Source of the DNA: Bispira polyomma
Taxonomy: Eukaryota
Length of the DNA: 64,000 bases
Reading direction: 5' to 3'
Assembly (NCBI GenBank): GCA_965649765.1
Contig: OZ287753.1
Span: 63,922,001-63,986,000 of the forward strand
Every line of letters starts with the position of its first letter. The stretch's first letter is position 1. Below, piece after piece: positions 61,437-64,000 of the stretch. Under the pieces are notes generated by a model. It was given only the letters and a program-made list of their open reading frames with translations, searched no databases and was not told the origin of the DNA. A program made the translations under genes and the position numbers.

Positions 61437-62438
61437 AGAACTAGATAATTATCCGGGATAGAGAAATTTCCGATTTCTTGTACATTTCAGTTTATAATCA
61501 TTAATTATATACTAATTAAAAAATGCATTGAGTACTTTTATGTGTTTTTCTGGCCCCCTGATGTGTATCAACCCACACATTACTCACCTATTGTCCTAAT
61601 TCTCAATAGGTCTTTTTAAGATATGATTCAGTTTATCATTATTCAAACTGTACAACCCATAATTCGTAAAAGTACACACAGTACATATGCGAATTTTGAG
61701 TACATTTTTTGATATATCTGGAATTATACCTTCTAGCCTGACCCACTTATCCACCATAATAAGTGTAATCACAGTTACCTAATTATGGATTTTTTTGCCT
61801 CCTTATCCAAGTATAAGAAGGTGTGATCTCATGGTAAAATCTGACGTAGAACCAGACTATAACAGCAACCAATGGGGATACCATATTATGCCTATCATGG
61901 ATTTTCTGACCTGGCCACCACCCCCTGTCACTTGCACCCACATAGCTTTACCCACTAGAGAGAGTAAGGCATTATTTCTGACTTAATTGATTTACCTGGA
62001 ATGTGCTCACCAGCATCTGTTTACCATTTCAACACACCCAACCCACATAAGTCATTATGAGGGCTATAGGTTTGAATGCAATATGAGTGTTGCCATGGAA
62101 ACAGACCTATTTTGTACATAACCATTAATCATCATGACACTCAAAACGGTCACCCCTTAAACAGGAAAGAACTTTTTTCTGTTTTTTCCAATCAAATAAA
62201 CCCTGCACCGCCTGGCACCTACTGCACCGCCTAGCACCTTCTGCACCTCTGCACCTATATGGGCGGTGCCCAACAGTGCAGGTTTTTGTACCTAATGGGC
62301 AAAAATCCTAAATATCACATCAGCCTCTGAAGAGACCTTTGACCAATACCTCAGGTCGAAATATATACAACATAATAGCTATATATCAGGCAATTTGACT
62401 ATCAAACAAATTTCTCTCACACCAAGTATTAACTCTGT
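61437..62438 (+). repeat. Right arm of 1002-bp inverted repeat (inverted PLE pseudo-LTR)
   Basis: Reverse complement of 54721-55722; ORF-track entries 55173-55463(-) and 61795-61986(+) share the same translation. Confidence 0.95.
62323..62391 (+). ncRNA. Type I hammerhead ribozyme, intact core; predicted cleavage after C62387 (AUC)
   Basis: GCCU-CUGAAGA-GACCU(loop)AGGUC-GAA-AUAUAUA(loop)UAUAUAU-C-AGGC: stems I, II and III all pair. Confidence 0.9.
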
Positions 62439-64000
62439 AGCAAATATGAACTTGCTTTTTGGAACTAGTATTTTCACTTATTAACTCTCCAAGCTGATTA
62501 GCTACAATTAGCTTTTCACTTGTACAATATGATATGATAGATTTTTAATGTGCCAAATTGATGCCAAGCATCTTCTAAATCAATGACAGAGTTGTTAAAA
62601 TCGTAGTCTGCTTCCAATACAAATTCGTGATTGGAGGGCGGGGAGGGGATGGGGGGAAAGCTGACGTGTAAGAGAACGATGTCTGTATAATAATACTTGT
62701 AACAGTATTTCAAGGATGACGGGATAAGGACAGGATTGTGAATGTCATCACACTCCTAAATCTGAAATACACTAAATTAACACTTTGTTAAAATCATAAC
62801 CACTCAAGATCTAATCAGTACTTTGGTTAATATTCACTTCAAGTATATTTACTGGTAATTCCATTGGAAAGAAACAGGAAATGCTGTTATGCCAAAGCAA
62901 GCTATTCTCATAATAAAGTTCAATGTAAGTGAAGGAACATTCAGTAGCTGCCTCTAAATGAGCACTGAAAACCTTGTTAAAGATGACTTCTATGGTGGCC
63001 ATTATGAACTGGTTTCCATGATAGAGGCTATGTGGCAGCCATCTTGGATATTTATTTATTTTTTGGAGGGGGGACAAAGATTACAACCTCTTTTACGGAG
63101 GCCAAGTCTGTATTGCTTCAGGGTCACTATTTTTTAGAAGCTATGTTACTCTTTTGACTGTTGAAATGTTTTTGACTGAATTTGAAAAACTTAAGACAAT
63201 CCTGGTAGATTGTGTGTGAATTTACCATTATAATATACCGTAAATTTACCATTATAATTTAGTAAATTTACTGGTATGTGTATTTCTCTTCAAAAGTTGT
63301 AAAAAGTGTCAGGTCACGTTTGTTAGCTCTTTTAACAGGTGAAGTGTTAAGCCCATTGCACACTGAAACCGGCGAAATGCAACACTGCAGCAAATATACC
63401 TTGCTTGCACACCAGAGGCAACAGTACACAGCATAAAAAAAGACATTGAGATACATGCACCAAACTATCAATATTTGTTATTATTACTACGTTTTTTGCT
63501 GATATATTGGTATCTATTTGGGTTTTTTCAAAAATACACACACTTATTAGAAGCAAGTATGATTGAATCTATTAATATCCCATTTTAAAGGGCACATACT
63601 GCCAATCTGCACTCGAATCTGTTTAAGTGCAGTAGTAGTATAAACCACAATTAGGGTAACACTCTTTGCTTTGAAACTTGTTTTAATCCCAATCAAGTTT
63701 GAATATTTTTATGGCTTTTATTATACTTAAATACACATTTTTATTTAAACTAAGGTTAAAGTGATTTCCAGAGTTACAAGAGATGTCATTATTAATTGCA
63801 ATTGATTGCACTAAACTAGGAATGTTAGATTATTTAATTGTGGAAATCTGAAAATTGTTAAGTGATTGCTTCTTTAGATGTGGCTTCCAGTATTAAGGTA
63901 ACAACCTATAGTTTTAAAGATAATTGCATTTATTTCTGTTTCATATGATTTTATGGCTTGACTAACAAACCCCCTTCAAAGAAGTTATGTAAGATTGAAT

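Larger units (their letters stand above)
51144..62438 (-). mobile_element. Composite Penelope-like element (PLE, Neptune-like): ORF1 + RT/GIY-YIG ORF2, inverted ~1-kb pseudo-LTRs, C2H2-ZF cargo gene, nested LINE
   Basis: AGCAAATAT at 51135-51143 and 62439-62447 lies immediately outside the ORF2 3' tail and the end of the right inverted arm, consistent with a TSD. Confidence 0.85.

Overview
AT-rich animal genomic DNA; a lophotrochozoan, probably a mollusc, is inferred from the repeat content. The first 41 kb hold one complete + strand netrin gene (NTN1/unc-6 family; CDS 5166-41263) whose long introns are filled with MITEs. Its laminin-EGF-2 (V-2) exon is present as two tandem 189-nt copies 84 nt apart (75% aa identity, both with intact splice sites), and there is a candidate alternative or poison exon in the V-C linker. 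The last third holds an 11.3-kb composite insertion (51144-62438) bounded by a 9-bp target-site duplication (AGCAAATAT). This is a Penelope-like retroelement with a coiled-coil ORF1, an RT + GIY-YIG ORF2, a 62-bp partial-tandem repeat and ~1-kb inverted pseudo-LTRs. Each pseudo-LTR contains a type I hammerhead ribozyme (one intact, one with a catalytic G12 mutation). Between the inverted arms sits an intronless C2H2 zinc-finger gene that appears to be cargo. A decayed CR1/L2-group LINE with a 2A-like StopGo peptide later inserted into the composite and has its own 11-bp TSD. All coordinates and alignments were derived by eye; no database searches were run.
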